Source: a virus (Duplodnaviria; Heunggongvirae; Uroviricota; Caudoviricetes). Taken from it: a stretch of 64,000 bases of DNA. The notes below the pieces were generated by a model that saw nothing but the letters and a program-made list of their open reading frames with translations, had not been told where the DNA came from and made no database searches. This document shows, piece by piece, positions 30,870 through 39,740 of this stretch (position 1 is the first letter of the stretch; each line of letters starts with the position of its first letter). Location of the stretch: the IMG/VR virus record IMGVR_UViG_3300010998_000001, positions 91,477-155,476 of that record, one strand, 5' to 3'. A program made the position numbers and the translations under genes.

Positions 30870-31142
30870 ATGAATAACGTCGATAAGAAGTCTTTGGAAC
30901 ATCTGATGCCGATTGGAGAGTTTGCTGATACCTACCTGTGTTTCATCTCTAAGCATAATAAAGAGGAATATATGTATAGCGTCTTTGATAAGGTGGCCGC
31001 TTGGGTGGAACGAAACGGCGGGAAAATCAAGCGCACAAGCGATAAGAAGATCGTCGGAGATCGCAAGGGTTTTGAATGTAAGATCGTGTTTCCTACCTAT
31101 GGCAAGCGGAACATGAAAGAAATTATGGCTACGCTTTATTAA
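30870..31142 (+). CDS. Hypothetical protein (90 aa)
   Basis: RBS ggaaagga. Confidence 0.4.
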   Translation: MNNVDKKSLEHLMPIGEFADTYLCFISKHNKEEYMYSVFDKVAAWVERNGGKIKRTSDKKIVGDRKGFECKIVFPTYGKRNMKEIMATLY

Positions 31143-31157
31143 TTTGAGCCAAACTGA

Positions 31158-31349
31158 TTGGAGTTTTTGATGGATACAAGAACAGTAGCATGGAATATGA
31201 TGCAAGCTGATAGCATGGAGCGCCGCGAGGCAGAGAAAGCTATCGGAAAGAAGCTTGAGGATATGACAAAAGAAGAAAAAGCCATTGTTGTTGTTTGCAT
31301 AGCAGCCTTTTATGATGAACTCAAAGCTAAATATGAAGTGGAGGATTAA
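31158..31349 (+). CDS. Hypothetical protein (63 aa)
   Basis: ORF track. Confidence 0.35.
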   Translation: MEFLMDTRTVAWNMMQADSMERREAEKAIGKKLEDMTKEEKAIVVVCIAAFYDELKAKYEVED

Positions 31350-31351
31350 AT

Positions 31352-31621
31352 ATGAAAACAATGTCGATTAAATTAGAGCCTTATAATTACGATGTATCTG
31401 ATAATGTATTCAGCATCCTCTTTAATGGTTCTGATAAGGAAACGGAAAATGGATTACAGGAAATTCCGGCAGCAAGTTATCAGCTTATTGTGTCTGCCCT
31501 TCAACTTTGTGCGTATGACAATCTGGATGGCGGAGAGCGAGACATAATTCATACTGCCACGGCGATCATTGAAAGATTGCGCGATCAGCAGAAACTCCGT
31601 GAATGGAGGAGAGAAAATTAA
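31352..31621 (+). CDS. Hypothetical protein (89 aa)
   Basis: RBS gtggagg. Confidence 0.4.
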   Translation: MKTMSIKLEPYNYDVSDNVFSILFNGSDKETENGLQEIPAASYQLIVSALQLCAYDNLDGGERDIIHTATAIIERLRDQQKLREWRREN

Positions 31622-31623
31622 TC

Positions 31624-31818
31624 ATGGATATTTATAGCTTTTGCGAACTGGCAACAGATGATAGCTATGATTGTGCGATCTACGACATGAATGAATCTGT
31701 CGAGCAGGAGGTTTTTCGCGGAACCTTGCGCGAGGCCAGAGACAGCGATTTCAGCGAGTATGATGTTATGAGCTTTGATCTGGATGATGGTGTTATCGTT
31801 CTCAATATTGAGACGTGA
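31624..31818 (+). CDS. Small acidic protein
   Basis: RBS aatggagg. Confidence 0.4.
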   Translation: MDIYSFCELATDDSYDCAIYDMNESVEQEVFRGTLREARDSDFSEYDVMSFDLDDGVIVLNIET

Positions 31819-32229
31819 TGATTTAAGTTTGACTAATTCTGCCTATTTTCTAATTTTGGTATTGACAAATAGAAAATACGATGTTACAATGTAGGCAGTT
31901 GAAAATCAAATCGCCTCATGTAAAAGAGGACGGCATAAACCGTCCTCTCAAGCGGGATTATTTGACGAGTTGCCAAACATATCCGCCAGCAAAAATGATC
32001 CCATAGGAAATCAAGTTTGCCAATATACCAACCAGAAGATTGTGTATAATGTCTATTGCAGACACCTCCTAAAAGTATTTCACAATTAGATTGTGATTCC
32101 TAGTGTGAGTCTTTTAGAAGAATCCCGCACGGTAATTATAGCATTATGATTTTGACTTTTCAACCAAAATAATCCTCCCTCAAATAAGAGGGAGTGATTA
32201 AAGGATTAAACAGAATAACAAACTAAGTA

Positions 32230-32281
32230 TTGACAAAATGAGATTAGTCTGCTATAATACAAGTATAGTAAATGAGTTACT
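32230..32281 (+). promoter_or_regulatory. Sigma70 promoter (extended -10, ctgcTATAAT) with the AGTAAATGAGTTACT operator
   Basis: ttgaca 32230-35, tataat 32254-59, palindrome 32267-81. Confidence 0.55.
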
Positions 32282-32298
32282 TGAAAGGAATGATTGAT

Positions 32299-32607
32299 AT
32301 GCGTCTGACATATTACAGATTTCCAGATGACACCAAAGAGGAAATTCTGCTTGCCAATGGCTGCGCCGTCGTTTTGAAGGATGGAAATGAGATTTATCCA
32401 GAGATCATACCAGATGACAAAAGGTATTTAGTAGATCATATAGATCATTCCATTAATTGTTCCATCTCTTTTGCGAAGAAAATGATGAAACAATATGGCG
32501 GTTGTGGATGGACAGAACATTGTGATCGAGATGGCGGATGTTTTGAAGTAACGGAAATCACTTTGTCAGGTAATAACAGTCATTTCAAATATAACCACCA
32601 TCTTTGA
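32299..32607 (+). CDS. Hypothetical Cys/His-rich protein
   Basis: RBS gaaagga. Track ORF 32272 starts at the ATG embedded in the operator. Confidence 0.4.
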   Translation: MRLTYYRFPDDTKEEILLANGCAVVLKDGNEIYPEIIPDDKRYLVDHIDHSINCSISFAKKMMKQYGGCGWTEHCDRDGGCFEVTEITLSGNNSHFKYNHHL

Positions 32608-32620
32608 GGAGGAAAGGCCA

Positions 32621-32827
32621 ATGCGCGATTACTATTCCGAGATCAGCAAGAAGATTGATTATCTTTCTTCTCATTATTGCGCACATGAGTTTAATCCGCG
32701 AAGCATGGAGCTTTCTTCCTGGATCACAAATCGGATTGACTGGTGTTGGAAATTCAGAAAGATAACAGCGCAGCAGAAAGATGAGCTTTGTAATCGGATG
32801 ATTGTTTACTTTGAAGGCGACTATTAA
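32621..32827 (+). CDS. Hypothetical protein (68 aa)
   Basis: RBS gaggagg. Confidence 0.4.
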   Translation: MRDYYSEISKKIDYLSSHYCAHEFNPRSMELSSWITNRIDWCWKFRKITAQQKDELCNRMIVYFEGDY

Positions 32828-32837
32828 GGAGGATCAA

Positions 32838-33029
32838 ATGACTAGCTATATGATTTACGGACGCAAGCCGGGATTTGGCGAAAAGGAATTTGAGCTTTGT
32901 ATTATGCGCGGCGAAAACATCTTGGGCGCGGTTACTGTGGCCGAGGCTATATATGGAGCAGAGAATGTAACAGCAGCTCGCAGTATGCCTCTAGCCTATA
33001 ATGCGGAATCCTGGGAGAAACCAGAATGA
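32838..33029 (+). CDS. Hypothetical protein
   Basis: RBS aggagg. Confidence 0.4.
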   Translation: MTSYMIYGRKPGFGEKEFELCIMRGENILGAVTVAEAIYGAENVTAARSMPLAYNAESWEKPE

Positions 33030-33280
33030 TTACACGGAACAACATTGATCGTCTGGACAAGATTGTGGCGCATTACGCCATGCAGGATTTCAAGAGGGCA
33101 AATCCGCAGCCAAAACGATATGCCAATGGCAAGACTAATTATAAACCATATAGTCTTTCTCCCTTGACGAATGAGGCCAGAAAGATGTTACATCTTGCGC
33201 GGAAAGAAATGATTACGCCAGAGGAAGAAAGAGAGGTAAAAGCATATCTTTTGAAACACAAGATGTTGTTTGATATGTAA
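33026..33280 (+). CDS. Hypothetical basic protein (84 aa)
   Basis: RBS gggag. Confidence 0.4.
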   Translation: MITRNNIDRLDKIVAHYAMQDFKRANPQPKRYANGKTNYKPYSLSPLTNEARKMLHLARKEMITPEEEREVKAYLLKHKMLFDM

Positions 33281-33610
33281 TGGATTGGATAACATTTGCG
33301 AGCAGATCAGGAATGACGTTGCAGGAAATGCGCGATCTATTTGAAGCTGAAACAGGAATTTCCTTTAGGCATCCATCATGTAATGTGGATGATGATTGCT
33401 GGAAGATGGCACAATTCAAGGAGTGGATTATCCTGAACATTTGACAGCTTCCGCATATTGTTATGATTATATTATATACTATACTTATCAATAATAATAA
33501 CTTTATATAATTATAACAATATAATATATATTAAACTAAGTATAATATAATCCTGTTTAATATACTATACATAAAGTATATCATTTAATATACTATACAT
33601 GGAGGTTTGA

Positions 33611-33934
33611 ATGAAGAGCGGAACATATAGGTGTGTTGACAGAGATCATTATTCGCTTGTCTGGAATGGCCGTGATGATGTAGTCGTAGATCATCCAGAA
33701 TATGATTTGACGATTTCTGTGCGTGATACTGGCAAATCATATATTTTTAATATGCTGGAAAACAATAGCCGTTATATGCCTGGTTATCTGGAAATGCTTT
33801 TTAAGAAACCAAAGGTAACGATCAATAAGGAGAAAAATCCTCATGCGATTTTAGAGGACACACATAATAATAGCTACTTTGTGATTTATCCTTATCGCGG
33901 TGGTGTTCCGTTTACGTTCGATCTGGTTAGCTAG
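33611..33934 (+). CDS. Hypothetical protein (107 aa)
   Basis: RBS ggagg. Preceded by a very AT-rich stretch at 33460-33600. Confidence 0.4.
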   Translation: MKSGTYRCVDRDHYSLVWNGRDDVVVDHPEYDLTISVRDTGKSYIFNMLENNSRYMPGYLEMLFKKPKVTINKEKNPHAILEDTHNNSYFVIYPYRGGVPFTFDLVS

Positions 33935-33943
33935 GAGGATGCT

Positions 33944-34183
33944 ATGAAAAGATTTCTTTCAGATGTTCGCATGTTTTGGAAAGATAATAAGTGGTATGAA
34001 AATATAGTGGCCGCAATTTATTTCATTGGTTGCGTTGGCGCTATTCCGTTTATGATCTTTGTAAATCTTACAGAACAGGATATTGCATGGCGTATTGTTT
34101 CAATCGTTATGATTATTCTGTTTTCCGTCTTATGGGGAGTTTCTATTTTTGCATTGATCGCCGATTATTGTGATTGGTGGTAA
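33944..34183 (+). CDS. Small two-TM membrane protein (79 aa)
   Basis: RBS aggagg; two hydrophobic helices. Confidence 0.4.
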   Translation: MKRFLSDVRMFWKDNKWYENIVAAIYFIGCVGAIPFMIFVNLTEQDIAWRIVSIVMIILFSVLWGVSIFALIADYCDWW

Positions 34184-34310
34184 TGATATGAGATATGTTT
34201 ATCTGTTAGAGAGGATCAGAGATAGCCGCGATTGGCCGAAAGGCACAAGAATATGGGCGCAGCATCCATGTACTGGCTGGCGCATTGTCAGAAAAGAAAA
34301 GGTGAGCTAT

Positions 34311-34343
34311 TGACAATCCGCGCAGCTTTGCATACAATATAAG
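34311..34343 (+). promoter_or_regulatory. Sigma70 promoter (TTGACA-N17-TACAAT) followed by a ~160-nt structured leader
   Basis: ttgaca-atccgcgcagctttgca-tacaat. A 10-bp hairpin at 34427-34460 (CCGATAGGAC / GTCTTATCGG) is followed by GGGCTTTTTTG. Confidence 0.45.
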
Positions 34344-34508
34344 TGAACCTATAAAGAGTACGCGAGGGACAAGCCCAATGACCGTACAGCAACCTACCAT
34401 CTGGCAAGGTGCTAAAGCTTGACCGATAGGACTGAATGTGGTCTTATCGGAAACGATAGGGCTTTTTTGTTACTCTTTTTTGGTAATAAATTTTTAGGAG
34501 TTGACAGT

Positions 34509-34829
34509 ATGAAGAAGAAACTAATGGAACTGGTGAACACATGGCCGAAGGAGAATTACCGTGTTTACGTCAAATTCGACGATGCAGAAACCAAACAGAA
34601 ATTTATCGCTAATGCGACGGATGAAGGTTTTACCTATGGCGACGGTACGCCCATTAATAAACGGGAGCCGGATGACATTATGGCGATCAATGAGGACAAG
34701 ACAATCAACTTTGTCGGGACGAATGGACATATGGCCTTCGCCGCCGATGCAAAGGTGAATGGTTTGTGCCTGGTGCGCATTGATTATAAGCGTTTCATTT
34801 CTGGTGCAGAAAACTATCTGATTGAATAA
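34509..34829 (+). CDS. Hypothetical protein (106 aa)
   Basis: RBS taggag. Confidence 0.4.
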   Translation: MKKKLMELVNTWPKENYRVYVKFDDAETKQKFIANATDEGFTYGDGTPINKREPDDIMAINEDKTINFVGTNGHMAFAADAKVNGLCLVRIDYKRFISGAENYLIE

Positions 34830-34901
34830 AGTGCTTGCAATCTGTTTAACATTGTGGTATGTTGGCAATAGTTACTAATACCACGATGGAGGTTTGAAAT
34901 A

Positions 34902-35234
34902 ATGGCACGTCCGAAGGGCAGTAAGAACAAAAAGACTTTGGCGGTGGACTTTTCCGCAGCGCTGGATGAAAAGCTGGCGAAGAAAGCGGAGCTTGAAACC
35001 GAGCAGAAGAAAATAGCAGAGGATATGGAGGCTTTGAAGGCCAAAGCTAAGACTGTTAAAAAGTCTCTTTCATCTCTTGAGCGCGAGATCGTGAAGCTGG
35101 AGGCGCGTAAAGCCGAGGCTGACGCAGCGCAGGAGATGAAGGCTAAGAAGGATAGCCTAGATACCGCCGTGGATGATCTGGTGGCTCGCGGCGTGTCTGT
35201 GGATGATATTCTGGCCGCATTGTCTAAGATGTGA
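34902..35234 (+). CDS. Coiled-coil protein with an AT-hook-like N-terminus (RPKGSKNKK)
   Basis: RBS gatggagg; K/E-rich. Confidence 0.4.
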   Translation: MARPKGSKNKKTLAVDFSAALDEKLAKKAELETEQKKIAEDMEALKAKAKTVKKSLSSLEREIVKLEARKAEADAAQEMKAKKDSLDTAVDDLVARGVSVDDILAALSKM

Positions 35235-35297
35235 TTTCATTCGGTCTGGCGCTTGTCAGACCGTTTGAAAAATCTTTTGAGAAAAACAAAATAACGC

Positions 35298-35349
35298 TTG
35301 ACAATTTCGATTTGGTATGCTATAATGCAAGTACAGTAAATGAGTTACC
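35298..35349 (+). promoter_or_regulatory. Sigma70 promoter with the AGTAAATGAGTTACC operator
   Basis: ttgaca 35298-303, tataat 35321-26, palindrome 35335-49. Confidence 0.55.
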
Positions 35350-35369
35350 AATCGAAAGGAGATCAAGAA

Positions 35370-35576
35370 ATGCACGTCTATGTTATTCAGTACGATGATA
35401 TTTACTTTGGATCGAAGATTTCCCAGGAAGGGTATAGCAGCCTGAAGGCGGCGCAGAAGTTTGTGGCGAGCCGCCCAGGAAATCATGTGATGGTGAATAA
35501 TTACCGCTATGAGGCTTCCACTTATTCCTACACCATCATTGACGTACAGATTAAGGAGGACATGGACAATGCGTAA
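35370..35576 (+). CDS. Hypothetical protein (68 aa)
   Basis: RBS gaaaggag. Confidence 0.4.
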   Translation: MHVYVIQYDDIYFGSKISQEGYSSLKAAQKFVASRPGNHVMVNNYRYEASTYSYTIIDVQIKEDMDNA

Positions 35577-36072
35577 TCTCCAACAGATCACAGGCAAGTG
35601 CATGGATGAGCTGGAAGCTATCGGGATCGAGCTTGGCCGTGTCGAAAATGTCATTGTCAATACCCGTGCTGTCAAGCGCTGGGGCCAGTGTAAGAAGCTA
35701 GCATCCGGGGGATTTGAGATTAATATTTCCTCCAGGCTGTTAGATGAGAGTGCGCCGGAAATCAGTCTGAAAAACACTATCATCCATGAGCTTTTACATA
35801 CTTGCCGCAATTGTATGAACCACGGAGCGGAATGGAAGTATCTGGCGCAGAAAGTCAATCGCGCTTATCCTCAGTACAACATCAAAAGAACAGCATCCGC
35901 GAGTGAATATCAGATGTCGGAGGCAGAAGTCGAGCGGAAAGCAAAGTATATCTTGGAGTGTAAGAAGTGCGGAAACAAGCTTTTCCGCTATCGTGAAAGC
36001 GATCTTATTCGCAATCCTGGTAACTATCGCTGTGCGAAATGCAAGGGCGATTTTCAAAGAGTTATCGCGTAA
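35569..36072 (+). CDS. SprT-like zinc metalloprotease with a C-terminal zinc ribbon
   Basis: HELLH (HExxH) plus CKKCG...CAKCKG. Confidence 0.55.
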   Translation: MRNLQQITGKCMDELEAIGIELGRVENVIVNTRAVKRWGQCKKLASGGFEINISSRLLDESAPEISLKNTIIHELLHTCRNCMNHGAEWKYLAQKVNRAYPQYNIKRTASASEYQMSEAEVERKAKYILECKKCGNKLFRYRESDLIRNPGNYRCAKCKGDFQRVIA

Positions 36073-36098
36073 AACAAACTAAAGAAGGAGATATAACA

Positions 36099-36728
36099 AT
36101 GGGTCAGAGATCGCAGATTTATGTACGTTATAACGGTAAGCTTATTCTTGCGCGGTATTATCAGTGGAATTACAGCGAGCGCATGATTAGCCGCGCTAGG
36201 TATGGGATTGAATACATGAAAGATTATCTTGATAGTGGATATGATTTCGTATTTCGCGATCCCAGCTATATTGAAAAGATGGCTCGTGTTTTTGATGTCA
36301 ACTTTGATATGAAGGACGTTCAGATCAGCCAAAACATTTTCAAGGAATGGGAAGAGTATGGCGAAGGAATCTCTTTCTTTGATTATGTTTTTGCTGGACA
36401 GGATAACAACGACGGCCAGTTGTTCATTGACATCTACGGCGGCGACGCAAACAATCAGCCGGAAATCAAGTATGCTTTCTTCGATTCTGGTACGGATTAT
36501 GAAAAGATCATGACGGCAGATGAATACATGGATTGGGATTGCGAACATTGGGATAATGCGCCAGAACATAATCCGGCCTATGATAATTGCTACTTGGGAG
36601 AAGAGGAAGTAAAGACTTGCAAAGAAAATATCCTTGCGATCTATCGTATGGCGCGGCTGATGACGCGGGCGGAGGTTACTTCCTTCCTTGATACGGAGGA
36701 CTATTTCGGGATGCCTGTTCCGTTTTGA
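36099..36728 (+). CDS. Hypothetical protein (209 aa)
   Basis: RBS aagaaggag. Confidence 0.45.
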   Translation: MGQRSQIYVRYNGKLILARYYQWNYSERMISRARYGIEYMKDYLDSGYDFVFRDPSYIEKMARVFDVNFDMKDVQISQNIFKEWEEYGEGISFFDYVFAGQDNNDGQLFIDIYGGDANNQPEIKYAFFDSGTDYEKIMTADEYMDWDCEHWDNAPEHNPAYDNCYLGEEEVKTCKENILAIYRMARLMTRAEVTSFLDTEDYFGMPVPF

Positions 36729-36744
36729 TGGGTGACATGGGATA

Positions 36745-36981
36745 ATGAAAATTGTAAAAGAGCTTTCAACAGAACACACAGACAGTAATAGAAAAATCCG
36801 AAATGAGTATGTAATCGTGGAAGTGTTTTCGATATATGTGTTCCTACATTTCCAGCTTATAACAAGTGTGTATGGCACTTGGAAATATCCTATGGCTGTG
36901 CGCGAATTACATACTGCTACCAGCGAAGAAGAAATCATTAACTATTTTAATAAGGCCATGACATGGCTGGAAAGAGAATGA
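36745..36981 (+). CDS. Hypothetical protein (78 aa)
   Basis: ORF track. Confidence 0.3.
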   Translation: MKIVKELSTEHTDSNRKIRNEYVIVEVFSIYVFLHFQLITSVYGTWKYPMAVRELHTATSEEEIINYFNKAMTWLERE

Positions 36982-36993
36982 CGGAGGAAGAAA

Positions 36994-38214
36994 ATGAAAT
37001 TTATCGCGGATGGTTATGATATTCAGGATGCTATCAACAAGGCGCTTGTTGTTTGTCCGAAGAAATCTACATTCGATAATATGACTACGCTGTATATCAA
37101 GGCCGTAGAGGGCCAGGACGTGGCTGTGTGCGCCGTTAGTATGACAGACTATATCCGAGCATACATAAGGGCTGACGTGCTGGAAGAGGGCGCTGTAATG
37201 ATCTCTCGCGGCGAGATCGAAAAGGTATATAAGATTGATAATCTTGTTACGGTAGAAGCTCATAATGATATGTTTACTATGAGCAATGGCAAGAAGCGCC
37301 GCACGGTACACACATATGAGATGAGCAGCGGCACAAATGAAACGGAGTCGAATTTCCTTCATTGGAGCATCGGCAAGAATGATTTTTCGGAGATTTTTCT
37401 TTCCTGTAATTGCGGCGATTTTTTGGCCGCGCTTGAAAAGCTGAAGGATTTTACAGGAAATGATGCAAAGAAGCTTATCTATACTGGCTTTCATCTGAAT
37501 AGCGCGCGGCACATGATTGAAGCTTGCAATGGCTATGCCGCAGCTTGGAAACGCCTGGATGCCGGATGGTATAGCAATCAGGATTTGATTCTGACACATA
37601 CGATTCTGCCTATGATGAAGAAGATTGCCAGCACAAAGCGAGACAAGCGAGAGGATATTTCTTTCTATATTGGCGAGTATGGAAACATGAAGCTCGTTAA
37701 GATAACGGGTGAGAATTATGAGTATTATACCAGCCGATATGAGGGAGAATATATCAACCTTGAAAAATCCATTGGAGGTCTGGAAACGAATTATCTTGTG
37801 ACGGTCGATGCGGATGATGTATCTGATGTGGCGCAGGATTTCATTAACAGCTCGCAGGAGGCGCTTACGAAAGGCGTATTTGTCGCGGCAGATAAACAGT
37901 ATGGATTTGCTGTGGCGATCAATGCAAGCGATTTTAGAGGCATTGAGATAGTCGATGGAAGTAATACGTCTCGCGCAATAGATGATCGTGTTATTGTGAG
38001 GATCAATCCTATCTATCTCAAGACCGCCATGGATTTCTTTAAGAAGGAACGAGTTTATATTTCTATCAAGAGCAATACAGCGCCCATCATCATCACAAAT
38101 GAGGAAGATATTTATGATGTTGATGATCTGGCATTTATTCTTCCGGCGCGTTATCACGCGGTAGAGATTGACACAATTAGCGGTATGTTTGACGATCTGA
38201 TTTCTGGACGCTAA
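36994..38214 (+). CDS. DnaN-like DNA polymerase sliding clamp (beta-clamp family)
   Basis: The ~400-aa size, the MKF...KAL N-terminus and the C-terminal ...INPIYLKTAMDFF...APIIIT...LAFILPAR pattern are typical of DnaN. Confidence 0.5.
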   Translation: MKFIADGYDIQDAINKALVVCPKKSTFDNMTTLYIKAVEGQDVAVCAVSMTDYIRAYIRADVLEEGAVMISRGEIEKVYKIDNLVTVEAHNDMFTMSNGKKRRTVHTYEMSSGTNETESNFLHWSIGKNDFSEIFLSCNCGDFLAALEKLKDFTGNDAKKLIYTGFHLNSARHMIEACNGYAAAWKRLDAGWYSNQDLILTHTILPMMKKIASTKRDKREDISFYIGEYGNMKLVKITGENYEYYTSRYEGEYINLEKSIGGLETNYLVTVDADDVSDVAQDFINSSQEALTKGVFVAADKQYGFAVAINASDFRGIEIVDGSNTSRAIDDRVIVRINPIYLKTAMDFFKKERVYISIKSNTAPIIITNEEDIYDVDDLAFILPARYHAVEIDTISGMFDDLISGR

Positions 38215-38220
38215 AAGACA

Positions 38221-38264
38221 TTGACGATATGCGGAGGGAGTGTTATTATAGTAAATGAATTACT
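38221..38264 (+). promoter_or_regulatory. Sigma70 promoter (TTGACG-N17-TATTAT) whose operator AGTAAATGAATTACT contains the start codon of the HTH gene (near-leaderless)
   Basis: The ATG at 38255 lies inside the palindrome at 38250-64, only ~6 nt after the -10. Confidence 0.5.
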
Positions 38265-38578
38265 TGAATAATGCGATCTCCGCAAAGAAAAGAGCGAGAC
38301 AGATGAAGATTGAAAAAGAGATATTAGAGCTATACGCCCTGTGGGATGCTACACAAAGCCATGTGATAGCCGAAAATGTAGAAAAGAAAATCTTTGAAGT
38401 ACATAACATCAAAAATTGGGAAGAGAAACTAAAGACACTTGCTAATTTGACTGGTTCGAGTAATCATGCTGTATATGCCTGGATGAACAGAGGAAGAGAG
38501 CGAGTCAAGATTCCATTTATCAAGCTATGTGTAATAGCGAATGAATACAATTTGAGCATGAAAGACTTACTTACATAA
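38255..38578 (+). CDS. XRE/Cro-type helix-turn-helix regulator (candidate repressor for the AGTAA-N5-TTACT operators)
   Basis: HTH-like LANLTGSSNHAVYAWMNRGRERVKIPFIKLCVIANEYNLSMKDLL. Confidence 0.5.
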   Translation: MNYLNNAISAKKRARQMKIEKEILELYALWDATQSHVIAENVEKKIFEVHNIKNWEEKLKTLANLTGSSNHAVYAWMNRGRERVKIPFIKLCVIANEYNLSMKDLLT

Positions 38579-38611
38579 ATATTTTTAAGTAATTTGAAAT
38601 GAGGATAGACA

Positions 38612-38812
38612 ATGTATTATTTTTACGGTATGAGATTACGCGGCTTTTCGCCTGGATGCCAGCCGATGGATGGGCTGATTAGCCGCATTGATTCGACAAG
38701 TAAACGGTATTGGGATATTCTGATTTACAATCGTAAGCTGACAGAGAAAGAAGAATTTGGATATGATTTGGATTGGCTCTATCAGAAGGAAGAAATAGAG
38801 GATATTCTATGA
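38612..38812 (+). CDS. Hypothetical protein (66 aa)
   Basis: RBS aatgagga. Confidence 0.4.
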   Translation: MYYFYGMRLRGFSPGCQPMDGLISRIDSTSKRYWDILIYNRKLTEKEEFGYDLDWLYQKEEIEDIL

Positions 38813-39009
38813 CACCAGAAACAGCAGCCATGATCCAAGAAGGGATGTGGCAATTAAATTTGTTAAAGGAAATACCTAAAGTAATTGGTTTTTGTGACAA
38901 ATGTGGAGGGCCAATTTTCGCAAATCAGTTTTATGTGGCCGAACCAAATGGTGATGGACGCGCCGATTTTTGGTGTGTTGTGTGTGCCAATACTGCGATA
39001 GGAGAATGA
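38809..39009 (+). CDS. Small zinc-ribbon protein
   Basis: CDKCGG...CVVC. Confidence 0.4.
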   Translation: MTPETAAMIQEGMWQLNLLKEIPKVIGFCDKCGGPIFANQFYVAEPNGDGRADFWCVVCANTAIGE

Positions 39010-39010
39010 C

Positions 39011-39174
39011 ATGGAAACAAAATTCTATAAGCGTGGCAAACTGAACGATAAGAAAATCATTGAGGCATTGAAGGACGCTATCAAGGATTATGAGGATGGT
39101 GCAATCATTGAATGCCGCGATATCCTTCAGGATGTTATTGATTCGATCAACGAATTTGAAGATAATCAGGAATA
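39011..39174 (+). CDS. Small protein (54 aa)
   Basis: RBS taggaga. Confidence 0.3.
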
Positions 39175-39405
39175 ATGTATAACAAAATTAGGATTGATAC
39201 CTATTATGATCTGACTTGCGACAACTGCGCCAGAAGTTGGAGTACAGATTTTGATTATGTCAGCAAGAAGATGAATCAACTTAATGTGGGAGGCATGGGT
39301 ATGGCGATGGATCGTAATTCTCTTTATCATATGGCCTATAAAGCGGGTTGGAAGTGCAGAAAAGGAAAGACGCTATGCCCTGAGTGTTTGCAGAATGTGG
39401 AGTAA
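39175..39405 (+). CDS. Small zinc-finger protein (76 aa)
   Basis: CDNC...CPEC. Confidence 0.4.
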   Translation: MYNKIRIDTYYDLTCDNCARSWSTDFDYVSKKMNQLNVGGMGMAMDRNSLYHMAYKAGWKCRKGKTLCPECLQNVE

Positions 39406-39409
39406 AACA

Positions 39410-39646
39410 ATGAGAACTAAGTTTTGTAAAGATGGTGAGCTGCTATATACAGAGATCAGCGCAGAATTGAAGTATGCCGAAGATGATCTAATGTCCGGCG
39501 ACCTGACGGGCTGTGCCGCAAGTCTGCAAGATATTCTTGATTCTCTGACAGAGAAGAAGAGATACGATGCTGGGCTGATTGCTACGGCGACACCTGTATG
39601 GACGTGGCGCGACAAGCTGAAAAGGTTTGTACTTGAAAAATTTTAA
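39410..39646 (+). CDS. Hypothetical protein
   Basis: RBS gtggag. Confidence 0.4.
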   Translation: MRTKFCKDGELLYTEISAELKYAEDDLMSGDLTGCAASLQDILDSLTEKKRYDAGLIATATPVWTWRDKLKRFVLEKF

Positions 39647-39664
39647 GAAATACCAAACTAATGC

Positions 39665-39716
39665 TTGACATATTGGTGATGATATGTTATAATGCAATTA
39701 CAGTAAATAAGTTACC
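39665..39716 (+). promoter_or_regulatory. Sigma70 promoter with the AGTAAATAAGTTACC operator
   Basis: ttgaca 39665-70, tataat 39688-93, palindrome 39702-16. Confidence 0.55.
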
Positions 39717-39740
39717 AATATGTAAAGGAGATACATAACG

